Of a stretch of DNA of 64,000 nt, positions 37,735-49,359 are shown one piece after another (positions within the stretch are counted from its first letter, which is position 1; every line of letters starts with the position of its first letter). The DNA is taken from contig CBFFRP010000190.1 in the NCBI GenBank assembly GCA_965644295.1, positions 1-64,000 on the forward strand, read 5' to 3'. The stretch comes from Paraphysomonas bandaiensis. Lineage: Eukaryota > Protista > Chrysophyceae. The notes beneath the pieces were generated by a model. The model made no database searches. It saw nothing but the letters and a program-made list of their open reading frames with translations, and was not told the origin of the DNA. A program made the translations under genes and the position numbers.

Positions 37735-39357
37735 ATGCCGGGTGAATTGAACGCTGTTGCACCCGGATGCACTATTACCAATGAAGATACCACACGAGTG
37801 ATTACATCAGTGGCAGTGTTTTGCTGTTTCTTGAATTTCGGTGCATGTGTGGGTTCACTGGGAGCAGCACTACCGCAGATTGCGGACACATATGGAGTGG
37901 ATGAGACTAATTTAGGGTATGTATTCATTGCGCGAGGAGTTGGTTACTTCCTCGGAACCTTGGGGTCTGCAGGTTTGATTGAGTATAGCTCTGTACTAAA
38001 GAGGTACCAGATGCTAATCGTCTCATTCGGCATATTTTGCTCTGGTCTATCAATGGCGATTATGACGGGTGTACATGATATGGGGATAATGTATGCACTC
38101 ATTGCAGTGCAGGGTGTAGGATTCGGTGGGGTGGATACCTTGTGCAATATAGTATTACCAGAACAATGGGGACCTAGGGTGCAGGTATATTACATAATAT
38201 TGATGGTGTCCGTAACTCAATTGTATAGCCCTGGATGCAAGCTGCCCACGCCAATTTTGGTGTTGGAGGAATAGTTGGTCCAGCACTCGTTGGGGCACTG
38301 GGCTACAAGCCTGCTTTTGCCCTACTTGCAGTTACATCATTCTCTGCACTTGGCATCACTGTGGCACAACATGCAAGCGGTACGCTAGACCGTTTATTAC
38401 GATATGGACCCACCAATGATAGGAATGCTAAACCTGAGAGTGAGTATCGGTCAGAGGAAGGGGAAGTAAGTCCTTATGTCAGCGTGCTGGACTACGATGA
38501 GGAAGTTTCGAAGGTCTCCGAAAGTCGTGGCAACTCTGATTCGCAGAATGATCCAAATTCAGAGCAGACGGAACACTACCTCCCACTGTCTTTGAAACTG
38601 TTACTAGCATCATTTTTTTTCATTTATGTTGGTATGGAGATTGGTTTTGCTGGTTGGGTGTCCAGCTATGTACTCATGGCGGGACTGACGGAAAGCCACG
38701 CGGACGCTGCATACGTCACGTCTGTATTCTTTTCGGCGTTGTCTATTGGACGCATACTCTCGATCCCGGCAGCAGTATGGGTGTCCAATACTCTCATGCT
38801 ACGAGCACAGCTATGTTTTACACTGGCATGCAGCCTGGTGGTGGTGCTGGTTATATCAAGATCATATGCTCTCGCAGTCGTGAGCAGCGGCCTTCTCGGA
38901 CTTGCTTGTAGCTCTCTATTTCCTCTTGTAATGACTCTGGTTGGAGACTACGGATACACAATGTGAGTGAACGTTGTAGTACATTAGTGTACTGCATCCC
39001 GCTTGTGGTACAATTTCATTGTGTGCATGTTCGTATGAGATTTTGACTTTTTCTTATACCTACAGGGATGCAAGTGCTACTACCATGTTTGTTGTGGGCT
39101 CCACTTGCGGAGAAGCGGTTATTCCCGTTTTTATTGGTGTGTTGATGCGTTTTTTGGGACCTAGTTCTCTGGCAACGACAGCGTTAATTATTTCTACTTT
39201 GATGATGTGCATATATTTGCTTGCCCACCACCTTCTTACCTCCTCCGAAGTGAGGCAAGTGGACAATAGTGAACTCAACCCTGTAAGTAAAAACGCTGAT
39301 AGTGATGTCAAGAAGGGCTCCAATGACGTGAAATCTTTAGAAATAGAAAGATTATAG
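37735..39357 (+). CDS. MFS transporter (MFSD4/fucose-permease-like), 3 exons
   Basis: About 12 TM segments; GSLGAALPQIA, MQAAHANFGVGGIVGP, YVGMEIGFAGW. Introns at ~38184-38229 and ~38963-39065. Confidence 0.85.
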
Positions 39358-39649
39358 TATAAGTTATCATGTAGTTTCGATGTGTGTTATATTGTCTTTT
39401 TTATACTGTAACGACAGTTTTCACACTATTTCACTATATTATTGTCGTTCCATTTTCCATATCCGTCCAACACTTGGTCAAATGCTAATATAAGGACTGT
39501 GTGTATTCTGTATTGGGAATATGTTGCGTAAAATGTTAATTTTAAAATAATCTTTATGCAATAAAAGAATTGACTAACGTTAGTTATCGGATGTAGTATA
39601 CTCAGTCCTATTTTCTCAGGGCTATACTGTGTAGATATTTTACTAAACA

Positions 39650-40600
39650 CTATACTAATGTCATGGCATATGATGTGCGCTTCCTGAGAACACTATCCTG
39701 GTATGATGTATCAAAATAACTGGGTTCACAGATTCTATCTACAATATGTGCACTTACACTTGGGAAATATGTACTTGATGGTGCTTTTGTGAAACTTATA
39801 TTACATTCCTCGACGTCATGTGGTTCGAATTCATTATTTGCTCCTATCGGTGCTGATGGAAGCGTAGTGTAGTCGTAATCATTGTAATTTTCGTTTGGAA
39901 AGTAGCCAACACGTCTGTAAACTCGCTGCTCCATATCAGAAAGGGAAGAAGAAATAGCTAACAAGTTTGCGAGTTCATCTTTCACTCCAGCAAGAACATC
40001 TGGAAACTGCATATACGACGCATTCATCTCATTCCACAGAGTATCTAACAGCAAAAATGCTAAAATATAAACGCGATTGAAGCCATCATTACGTCGAATA
40101 AAAGACCAGTAAGTTTTTCTGCTATAATTAGTGGATTTTTGTTGACCAGTGGACTCAATTGCCTCAAACTGAACAGCAACAAGCTGTGTGACATTAATAC
40201 CAGCAGCAGCCCAAGGGAAACTCTCCCATCTATAATTAGCCACACTACTGAGCGATCTATGTTCCCTCATACTTCTGCTTTTCGAAGGATGCTTGGTAAG
40301 AAAATATAACATATTTTCGAGGCATAATGCTCCACCGCCTCTGATATCACTGATAGGATCCTCGTTCTGAAACCCCAGTGATTTCCAAAACCTTCCTCGA
40401 GATGAATAAGGTGCCTGTATTCCACTTGCTCGATGAATTGCCTTCAGTATATCTTCCAATTCAGCAATGCTATGCGGTGCAGTCATCTTCCTCCCAATAT
40501 CTGTTATTATAGACCTCTCAGTATAAGATGGAGGGTGACCCATACACTGTTGATGAAGATCCAATACCTTCCTCTTTATATTCATCGATAGATTGTACAT
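39650..40600 (-). CDS. ELMO/CED-12 domain protein (ELMOD-like)
   Basis: WKSLGFQNEDPISDIRGGGALCLENMLYF, FPWAAAGINVT, ASYMQFP. Confidence 0.9.
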   Translation of the reverse strand: MYNLSMNIKRKVLDLHQQCMGHPPSYTERSIITDIGRKMTAPHSIAELEDILKAIHRASGIQAPYSSRGRFWKSLGFQNEDPISDIRGGGALCLENMLYFLTKHPSKSRSMREHRSLSSVANYRWESFPWAAAGINVTQLVAVQFEAIESTGQQKSTNYSRKTYWSFIRRNDGFNRVYILAFLLLDTLWNEMNASYMQFPDVLAGVKDELANLLAISSSLSDMEQRVYRRVGYFPNENYNDYDYTTLPSAPIGANNEFEPHDVEECNISFTKAPSSTYFPSVSAHIVDRICEPSYFDTSYQDSVLRKRTSYAMTLV

Positions 40601-40741
40601 GGTCTCTTATTATTTTTCCTTGAATGTCGTTAATAAGAGTGGTAGTTTATAGTGTTAGGAGTAAAGGATGTCCATGGATGTGTATCTTACCTTATGAGTC
40701 ATTGTTCTGCGATTATTCTTGGAATTGAAGATAGGTAGAAG

Positions 40742-41187
40742 GTATGTATGTATGTATGTATGTATGTATGTATGTATGTATGTATGTATGTATGTATGTA
40801 TGTATGTATGTATGTATGTATGTATGTATGTATGTATGTATGTATGTATGTATGTATGTATGTATGTATGTATGTATGTATGTATGTATGTATGTATGTA
40901 TGTATGTATGTATGTATGTATGTATGTATGTATGTATGTATGTATGTATGTATGTATGTATGTATGTATGTATGTATGTATGTATGTATGTATGTATGTA
41001 TGTATGTATGTATGTATGTATGTATGTATGTATGTATGTATGTATGTATGTATGTATGTATGTATGTATGTATGTATGTATGTATGTATGTATGTATGTA
41101 TGTATGTATGTATGTATGTATGTATGTATGTATGTATGTATGTATGTATGTATGTATGTATGTATGTATGTATGTATGTATGTATGT
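40742..41187. repeat. Perfect (TATG)n microsatellite, ~111 units
   Basis: Uninterrupted tetranucleotide tract, read directly from the sequence. Confidence 0.99.
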
Positions 41188-41409
41188 GTTGGTAGGAGGT
41201 GGTATCATAGTGCTCAAGGAGACGTTTTTCGACAAAGCGGACCAGTCTGGTCCCACTTTATTTTTTTGTATTGTGTTTTTTCGTATGGAACATGAGTGTA
41301 GAGCTTTGAAATTGTGGTCAAAATGACCACAATTTCTATTAAGGAGCCAGGCGCCATATCCATATAGATAGAGAATAAAAAGTGTGTATTATTGTAGTGT
41401 AGACCCATA

Positions 41410-42958
41410 TTGTTGAGCTTGATGGAAGAAACTCCGGCAAGAAGACTCGCCTTGCTGCCGGAGACCATCTCCCAGTCGGAGATGGTGACTGTATCTTTTA
41501 ACACCCTACAGTTCGAGCAACAGATAACGTCGATTACTACAAGTCAACTTTGCCACTTTGTGCTTTGGTAGATATGAATGAACACTTGAAAACGACTGCT
41601 ACTGATGACACGAGCATTCGTATCCTGGAGAATTTTGGTGAGGAACCTGGACATGGGAAATGTCGATCCAATACCATCACTGCTTTTATCAAAGGGACTG
41701 TAAAGAGGGCAAGAAATAATGGAAAGAGTTTTGTCAATGCCGCTGATGTTGTCAACGAACTTCCACAAAAATCCCCTGTTGGGTATCATGTTCAAGTGAT
41801 GTTCTACCTCGACACAAAAAGTCTGTCAGAGTACCATCCGCCATCAAAGGGATCAGCGACATAATTGGGTATAAGTTCTTGCCTTCAGTGGTTGTTTTGC
41901 AGGAAGTACCACCCTTGGGAAAAGGAGTTATATTGCCTCACACAGTAAGTGTAATAATCTGCTGTTTAATAATTCTTTTCAACACTAATACTGCCGTCTG
42001 ATAATGCTGATTTTTTTTAGTAGGATCTTGTAAGTAAGCGTAGAGGTACGATGTCTCTAGTGCCAATCGGGGCACATATTGTTGAGTCATCAGTGCAGTC
42101 TGTTGAAGCAATTAGTCGACAACTATTACCGAAGCCGACTCACGAAACAAGGCTCAAAATTAAGAGAGCGGTTCAACAGAGAAAGCTTGACGCAAAGACG
42201 AAGAGATTAATGAAAGATCGAATGGAGTGTGATAGAATAGAGTCCGTATTAAGCCAGTACAAACCTACTATTCCCTCAGCACGGTCGACATGCTCTTCCT
42301 CAACGTCAGCTACTGTGGAAACTCATTCCACGACTCGCAAATTTCCGACACCTGTAGTCCGAATTCTAGATCTGCTTGATTCTGGCATGAAATCTCATCC
42401 CTCGAACATACTGCTAGGTGGGAAAATGGGTATATCACAGAAAGAGATAAGCATCAGAATATCTTCCTTACAGGAATTACCCCAAATGGATGTTCAAGGG
42501 AACGTTGTCTCGAAAGTTAGTTGCTCTTCAATCAATGCCGTGACGATTTCAGTGGGAGTAAGGTTGCACAAAGTAAATGACATGGTGATCAGTGCAGCCC
42601 ATCTCCACGAGGGTGTGGTTGAATTTCTACATAGGACATTTTCCTGTGAAAACGATTTTCTCATTTGTCATTTCACCATGGGACCTCGGAAAGTATTTCC
42701 CCTCAGTCCAGGATATGCCCGTCGACTAAACAAGGAAAACGTAGTGGAATCATTTACTGATGAAAAGACTGGTTGACATTACAGTACGATATGCGTGATA
42801 AAAGACTGGCTCCTACAATCCGACGGTACATGAAATTACACTTTGTAGAGCCTTGGAAATGGCTTACTGTTGGTCAGATTTCCTCTTGGATTAGCATGAA
42901 AACGAGAGAGAAAAATAACGTCCTTTCAGTCCTTCCCTCTCCAGAAATCGTACGATAA
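41410..42958 (+). pseudogene. Disrupted ORF, probably transposon-derived
   Basis: Coding-like segments (41550-41864, 42051-42776, 42773-42958) broken by a stop at ~41499 and a frameshift at ~42774; ends WLTVGQISSWIS. Confidence 0.4.
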
Positions 42959-43146
42959 TTGTAACACATTTATGAATGATAATAACCTTAAGTAGTACAA
43001 AACAAAAAAAGGTATCTGGTACAATCAAATCTAAGAAGTAAAACAATAATATATAAATATACTCTTAACAAACATTAAGATAAATATGTTAACATTCAAT
43101 AAACAGCGTCATCCATTTGTTTCACCTTATTATTAAGTCCTTGTAG

Positions 43147-43740
43147 CAGGGCTAGGGAACAATATATTGCAATACTGTTGTTAAATAGGGTTGTATTGAC
43201 GGAGTATCCGTACATATGAGTATCACTATTCAGTAAGTAAACACATCAGTAGATTCCAGTTTTAGTATTAGTCATTAAAATCACATGATATCCAAAACCA
43301 CTACTGCATTGGCGTTCAAGTGTATTGGAAGTACATACTACAAGACTCGTGCACCTGTACTTAGATATTTCAATCTTTCATTTCTTAATTTTTTAGCTCA
43401 CTGAAGAAATTTTTCCGCATAGCCAACCTCAGCTTCATCATCATCTGTATTGTTACATTCGCTGTCTGAACGGAGATATATTCTAACAGCATCTTTCCCA
43501 GATCTTGTCAACTCAAATTATTCGCCTGCTTGGATTTTTTCAAATTCCATTCTCAGAATTCGGATCACTAGCAATGGAACTGTTTTCTTTAAAGCAGGTT
43601 TGGGATACCTAGCCCCGAAGTCCATCAACAAGCCGTCAAAAATGTTCCGGTCTTCATAAATATTCACTTGACTAGAGTCTCCTGTTTGAAGTAGCTTAGA
43701 AACGCTTTCAAGCTTTCTCAGGTCGTCTACAAGCAAAGAT
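43147..43740 (-). mobile_element. 3' part of a degenerate hAT DNA transposon (transposase C-terminus + TIR)
   Basis: LESVSKLLQ..RNIFDGLL..YP, a DPNSENGI-like segment and KYRCTSLVVCTSNTLERQCS (hAT dimerisation-like PTSNxxERxFS). TIR CAGGGCTAGGGA at 43147. Confidence 0.75.
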
Positions 43741-44523
43741 CTGGGGGCTTGTGGGGTGGTCCATACCGGTGCCTATGGTATTACAGAAAATAAAATAGGG
43801 GTACTTAATATTAAAATGTATTAAATCACATATATATATGGCAATGTAACGTTATAGAAAAAATATATTAGACACATGGTTTATAATGTACCGGAAGTCT
43901 ACTTTGCACTCTGGGGGTGATCTATGGGCGTCTGGGGTGGCACGTATCGGTGCATGTGACAGCGGTACAATTAGAAGGAAAATATGTTTAAGACGTATAT
44001 AAATGCTAAATTACGGCTTCATTAACAATGTATATATAGTCTACAATGTATCTGTCGTGTTGGTCACCCTCTGAGGGTCGTCCAACGCTCCTGGGGTTTG
44101 CAATCTATAGGAGGCCGATATCTGTACTGTTATGGCATATTACAAGAATATCTTTCGATAAAATCATCTATTTCTTAGATCATACGCTGCCATAGTAAAT
44201 ATACTTATGATGCATGCACTTTAATGTCTCTGAAGGTGGTACATGCTGTCGAGCTGCCTGTAAGTGACTGTATCTTCTACATACATACACACATATTCAT
44301 AGTCTCATGTGCTGTTCCACTGTATTGTATACCGGTATACAGCAGTATACTCACACATAAAAGTGGTGGTGATGGTGAGTGTGAGTTTGGGTGTGGTGAT
44401 GATGAGTTTTAGGACGAGTGGGACCATCTACAGTCCTACAAGTGGAGGGTTGGTCCACTTTGTCGAAAAACGTCTCCAAGGGAGGTTGATATCTGCCGTG
44501 TGTCTCTATTCCTGGTTTCCCTT

Positions 44524-45309
44524 ATGTCGACATCGCGACAAGAACAAGGGGCAATGCTCCCTCGTAGTCCTGTTTTAGGTATTCTTACTGGTGTATCATA
44601 TGTCTCTGGGATCGACTATTTCAAAGGAATTAACGAGCTCTATACAACCAAAGCATCCAGAGGTCATGCTATGGTCCCCAATCCTGATATCGTTATGGCA
44701 TCCATTGACTGCGATATATATGTTAAGTACCTCAATGAAGAGTCCTATGATGATGTGAAAAAACATCTTTTAACTGGAATAAGAAGGCTCCATGCTGCCG
44801 GATGCGAACTGCTATCGATCGCATCTAATACTGCTCATATGTGTGTTCCTGTTGTAGAAAAAGAATTTCCAAGTCTACAAATCATACATATTGCTGATTG
44901 TTGTGCTGCACGACTAAAAGCCCGAGGTATAAAGAGTGTAGGATTAATTGGAACTAAAGCTACAATGGAGTGTGACTACCTAAAGGACCGGCTATTGAGA
45001 CATGGTATCGTCACTATCGTTCCAGAACATGAGGAAACGCGTGTAGAGATATTTCGTATAATAGTCGAAGAGCTATCGTATAATAACTTTGTCGAGTCAT
45101 CCCGCCAGAATATGGTTCGTGCAATAGAGGAATTGGGCCATCGTGGGGCCAATGCCTGTATACTTGGTTGCACCGAAATAGAACTTTTAGTGCAACAGGA
45201 ACATATTCCTAATATTGAACTTCTTCCTTCTGCGCGTGTTCATATTGAAACAGTTGTTGATGTTCTGTTGGGTAATGTGCAGATAAGTCATATTTTACCA
45301 TCACTGTAA
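44524..45309 (+). CDS. PLP-independent aspartate/glutamate racemase family protein (YgeA/RacX-like)
   Basis: LGILTGVSYVSGIDY, IASNTAH, VGLIGTKATM, ILGCTEI; intronless; alternative start at 44554. Confidence 0.88.
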   Translation: MSTSRQEQGAMLPRSPVLGILTGVSYVSGIDYFKGINELYTTKASRGHAMVPNPDIVMASIDCDIYVKYLNEESYDDVKKHLLTGIRRLHAAGCELLSIASNTAHMCVPVVEKEFPSLQIIHIADCCAARLKARGIKSVGLIGTKATMECDYLKDRLLRHGIVTIVPEHEETRVEIFRIIVEELSYNNFVESSRQNMVRAIEELGHRGANACILGCTEIELLVQQEHIPNIELLPSARVHIETVVDVLLGNVQISHILPSL

Positions 45310-45752
45310 ACAGCGGATGCTGTTGGACACACCATCGCGTAAGATAATAAACTTAATGACAATAATCACTGTTCTTAATAACCTTTATTGGGAGATATTG
45401 GCAGCACACTATATTATATTGCTATTCCACAAGTTAAAAGCATTTTATATACCTATATACAATATACGGTTTAGCCTCCTTTTGCCCCTTGGCCGCAACA
45501 AACGACGGGGTATGTGTGTGCCCTTTGAATTATATGCTAGATACTAAGATAAAGTGTAATCTGCTTTTAACAGATCTTTCTATTCGCATTTAACTTTGCT
45601 CGCACAGTGGCCACACAATTATTCGATCATGTTTATAATGTATAATGACAACAAGAAATAAGCTCCACGCAAATACTATACCAGCTCACCATCAGCACAA
45701 CCATAATATCTGTCTACGAATTGAAAGATATACTACTGGATACACCAATCGA

Positions 45753-46575
45753 CTAAGCTGCACCCATGCGTTTTTCTCTGGCCATAACCTTGTATTACAG
45801 TGGAATTAAATAAATCTAAGAAACACGTGTCAGATACCTCTGGGGAGAACTTGATGAGAAAAACAGTTCGATCCGGACCATCTGGCTGGTGAACTAGATG
45901 AGCAGTAACTTTAGCGTTCTAGTAGAACATATTAGTGGAGTGAGGAGGGTTTATACATAAAGCACTCACAAACTTCGCGCTGTCCAATATACCAGCAATT
46001 ATACCAGCCAGGTAAGCTGCACAGTTTAACTGTCCCATGTCAACAGGAAGCGAAACAAATGTGTTTGTAACGGGGTTATTCTCATGAATCATATCTGTAT
46101 AACTCTTAGTAAAAGCAACAGCGTTGATGTATCTAATATTATACATTCATCTTCGTTCTCCATGGACCGTTGCAGAGAGTCCGCCTCTTTGTTAAACAGG
46201 TGTCTCCAGACCACATTGGAGACATACTGTTTCGTGGATGTCATACAGAGAAATAAATTTAAACCTAGATACCTGTAGCATGTTCACCAAACGCGTCTCG
46301 CGCTTCGTCACTCTATCTCTGCAACTAATCAACTCTATTACACGTTGTCCAACGCCATAACCCATCTCCTCCAGCCTTCACAAAATATTATGCAAATCAG
46401 AGAGCTTAACTTGATATTACTTTCTCTCTAAATCACCAATACTGGTGACACGGTTCTGGCTGTACTGAACAATCTCTGAAAAGAGAAACGCAAAGCTACT
46501 CAGAGAGACCTCTCCTTTCGGCTTAGTGAGAGGTCTGTCGAGAATACCTGGTCGGACTTCTCTTTTCGCTGCCAT
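45753..46575 (-). CDS. TRAPPC5: TRAPP complex subunit 5 (Trs31), multi-exon
   Basis: [59 protein letters not shown]; five short introns. Confidence 0.93.
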
Positions 46576-47022
46576 AATTTGATATAAAAGTAAGAATTTC
46601 GGCGGGTATTACAGTCCCGTCAGCGTCTCTATCCTCTCAATAGGACAATGCACTATTATTATATTGATACTGTAATGCTATTGACTGCTATACCTACACC
46701 ACCATACCATACCATAGTAATGTATAGAGTACACTGTACAGCTCTCACATATATAAGCTATATACGGTTGTATTTTTCAGTATCCTGCATGTGAGTATAT
46801 ACTGCTGTAAGTATGTACGTATATATATGTATATGGATGCAGATATGAGGAGATGTATGTGTATATATGGCACAGTGGACTGAATATGCATATAGAATTC
46901 TTATGGTGGTAACTCATAGCTGTTACTATCTGTCTGATCCCCTCCAGCCACCTCCCACGATATCACCATGTCCTGTGGTCTGTATCCCCTCCCTGTGATA
47001 TAACTCAGCTGCATATATCTCT

Positions 47023-49359
47023 ATGATGATAGTGTTATATAGTTTAGTGTTGTACAGTATATTGTTAGCTCGAGTAGAGGCTCATATACATCTCAATGAT
47101 AAATATGCTGTTTGTACATACTATCAGCCTCAAACTAAAACCACTCAAAACCCTTTTATATTTTTATCTATGCTGGAGAGGTTCGGCAAAGACAAGAGAG
47201 ATAGGGACATGATGTTTCCGGGTAGTGACGTTAACGTGTCATCCATAAGCACCTTTGTGTTTGTTTACAATGATCATATTCACAATCAAGACTTAGCTGT
47301 CATAAATAAGACGTTTGATATACACATTATTGAAATTTCTCGTAGAGATGATAAGCCTCCTGAGGATCACGTAATTCTTAATGTGTTGGGGAATCTGTGG
47401 AGAGTGTATATGTATGACATGTTCGATTCTGTTTTATTTCTTCGACCAAACTCTCTGGTGGCAGCCTCACCATTTCCTCATCCTAAAGTTACTTATTCTA
47501 ACAACGATGTGATTACTTTCTGCTCTACTTCTCGCTTTGGGCGTGCGTGCGATATGAGTGCGTTTTTTCTACCCAACCAGAAATCTGTGATTCTTGTCTC
47601 TATGGTGTCATCGAAACTTAGCATGAAACTTACAGGAGACACGGACTTGAGTACAATTAGCGCAAATTTTGACGAAGCATTGCGTAGTAGTGGTGTGAAT
47701 GTACAGGATCTAGTGGAGTATTATCCTGGTAGCGAGAACCCGCCGCGATCCCATGCTGACAGAATATTCCATAGTTCTTCCGCCGTACGAGTTGTTACAT
47801 TCCCATATGAAGACGTCTTGCTAGATATAGTTCCGAGGAAATATGTATATTCCACAAGAAACATCAGTGTGTGTAACACCCATCATACCCCATACACTCC
47901 CTGTGGCAAGGCCAATGCGGATTGCATTGTACTTGTCAATTTAAGCACTGTATCCGCTGCACTGCGAATGCTTCTACCAGACATTCACAAAAGTTGTCAA
48001 GAGATATGCCGATGCCCTACTCTGCGCCCTTCTTTTGTCTTCTACCATCCTGATGATTTTCAAGGTGGTGCCCTAGTGTCCCCTGCGTATAAGTCCTTCT
48101 TGCCTGTCGCCATAACCGAAGACCAAGGCAGCTGCAATCTATTCTGGGCACAGTCACCTGATAACATTCCTCCTGACGTTGTGGCGTCATTGTTGGGAGA
48201 GCGTGACCAGCAAATTGACCACTACTCGCTGTGGGGTCGAATGGAATGTCCAGATGTGTTCAAAGAGGGCGACGAGATTGTGCTTCACATCCAAGTCAAT
48301 GAGGTGGAAGTTGTAGCTACGCATACAACAAATGCCGGGAGTTTGTATATTTATAGTCAATTTCACCTTCTCCTACTCAACAACGTGCCAATGGGAGAAA
48401 TTTATCTCACTGTAGTTTCGCCTCCAGCTGCTGACTTTACACCTCTTCTTGCCGCCTTTAGGTCGTTTGTACACTTTCAGCCGAGAGATATAGCCAACAT
48501 TAATGCGGTGAAGTCTGTAGGTGGAAAGTATGGACTATTTTTTATTGTAGATATGGAGGATAATAAGGAAAGTGATCTCGTTGAAATCAATGTCAGTTAT
48601 GGATACTCGGCCATGGTGCCTCGGAGTATGGCTAGAGCTGCATTTCATCCGAAGGGGCATCGGCCAAACATTCTGGTGACGGGATACCCCCACTCCGGCA
48701 CTTCTATCACTCAAAAGATCCTATCCAATCACCCAGAAGCGGTTTACGTTTCTTTGGAAAGTATGCCTTTTCCATTCTTTACTGACCTGGAGATGAACTC
48801 CCCGCATGTATTCAAATATCCTTATCTCTACAACGCAGCCCCACCCCGAGTCATCGCGCAACATCAGGATGACTGGCGTGTTATTGTGGTTTTGAAAGAT
48901 TTTAGAGACGCTGTGACTAGTATCTGGAATAAAGTGAAAATTGATGATCTTGACAGCTTCTATGATGAATGGGAACTCTATTGGGAGCATTTAGTGATTA
49001 ATACCCTGTCCCTTCTGAAGTATTCTCACGTCATTGTAATTCGCTACGAGGACCTCTTTGATGCTCCCGAGTACACCACATTTCGAAGAGTATTTGAGTT
49101 TGCTGGTTTGTCATTTGATCCAGTTTATGTCGCCGATAACTATAAGTTTCCGATATCTACAATGCAATCTGCTACTTCGGACGGGACCGCGATTGTAGGA
49201 GACGATATAGAAGTGCGGCGATTGCAACAGATGAATTCTAATTTCACTCAATATAGTGGTAAATGGAAGTCCCATCCGCATGCTGATTACCTTAGGCGGA
49301 GAATAGAGAATAACAAGGTATTGAAACAGTTTATGGTAATGATGGGCTATGAGGTATGA
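47023..49359 (+). CDS. Secreted/Golgi protein with a C-terminal sulfotransferase domain (778 aa)
   Basis: Signal peptide; ILVTGYPHSGTS (5'-PSB loop), VVLKDFRDAVTS, IRYEDL, SGKWK, MGYE. Confidence 0.8.
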   Translation: MMIVLYSLVLYSILLARVEAHIHLNDKYAVCTYYQPQTKTTQNPFIFLSMLERFGKDKRDRDMMFPGSDVNVSSISTFVFVYNDHIHNQDLAVINKTFDIHIIEISRRDDKPPEDHVILNVLGNLWRVYMYDMFDSVLFLRPNSLVAASPFPHPKVTYSNNDVITFCSTSRFGRACDMSAFFLPNQKSVILVSMVSSKLSMKLTGDTDLSTISANFDEALRSSGVNVQDLVEYYPGSENPPRSHADRIFHSSSAVRVVTFPYEDVLLDIVPRKYVYSTRNISVCNTHHTPYTPCGKANADCIVLVNLSTVSAALRMLLPDIHKSCQEICRCPTLRPSFVFYHPDDFQGGALVSPAYKSFLPVAITEDQGSCNLFWAQSPDNIPPDVVASLLGERDQQIDHYSLWGRMECPDVFKEGDEIVLHIQVNEVEVVATHTTNAGSLYIYSQFHLLLLNNVPMGEIYLTVVSPPAADFTPLLAAFRSFVHFQPRDIANINAVKSVGGKYGLFFIVDMEDNKESDLVEINVSYGYSAMVPRSMARAAFHPKGHRPNILVTGYPHSGTSITQKILSNHPEAVYVSLESMPFPFFTDLEMNSPHVFKYPYLYNAAPPRVIAQHQDDWRVIVVLKDFRDAVTSIWNKVKIDDLDSFYDEWELYWEHLVINTLSLLKYSHVIVIRYEDLFDAPEYTTFRRVFEFAGLSFDPVYVADNYKFPISTMQSATSDGTAIVGDDIEVRRLQQMNSNFTQYSGKWKSHPHADYLRRRIENNKVLKQFMVMMGYEV

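Noticed and set aside
40699-41326. ORFs encoding (YIHT)n and (MYVC)n
   Set aside because: Artefacts of the stop-free (TATG)n microsatellite.
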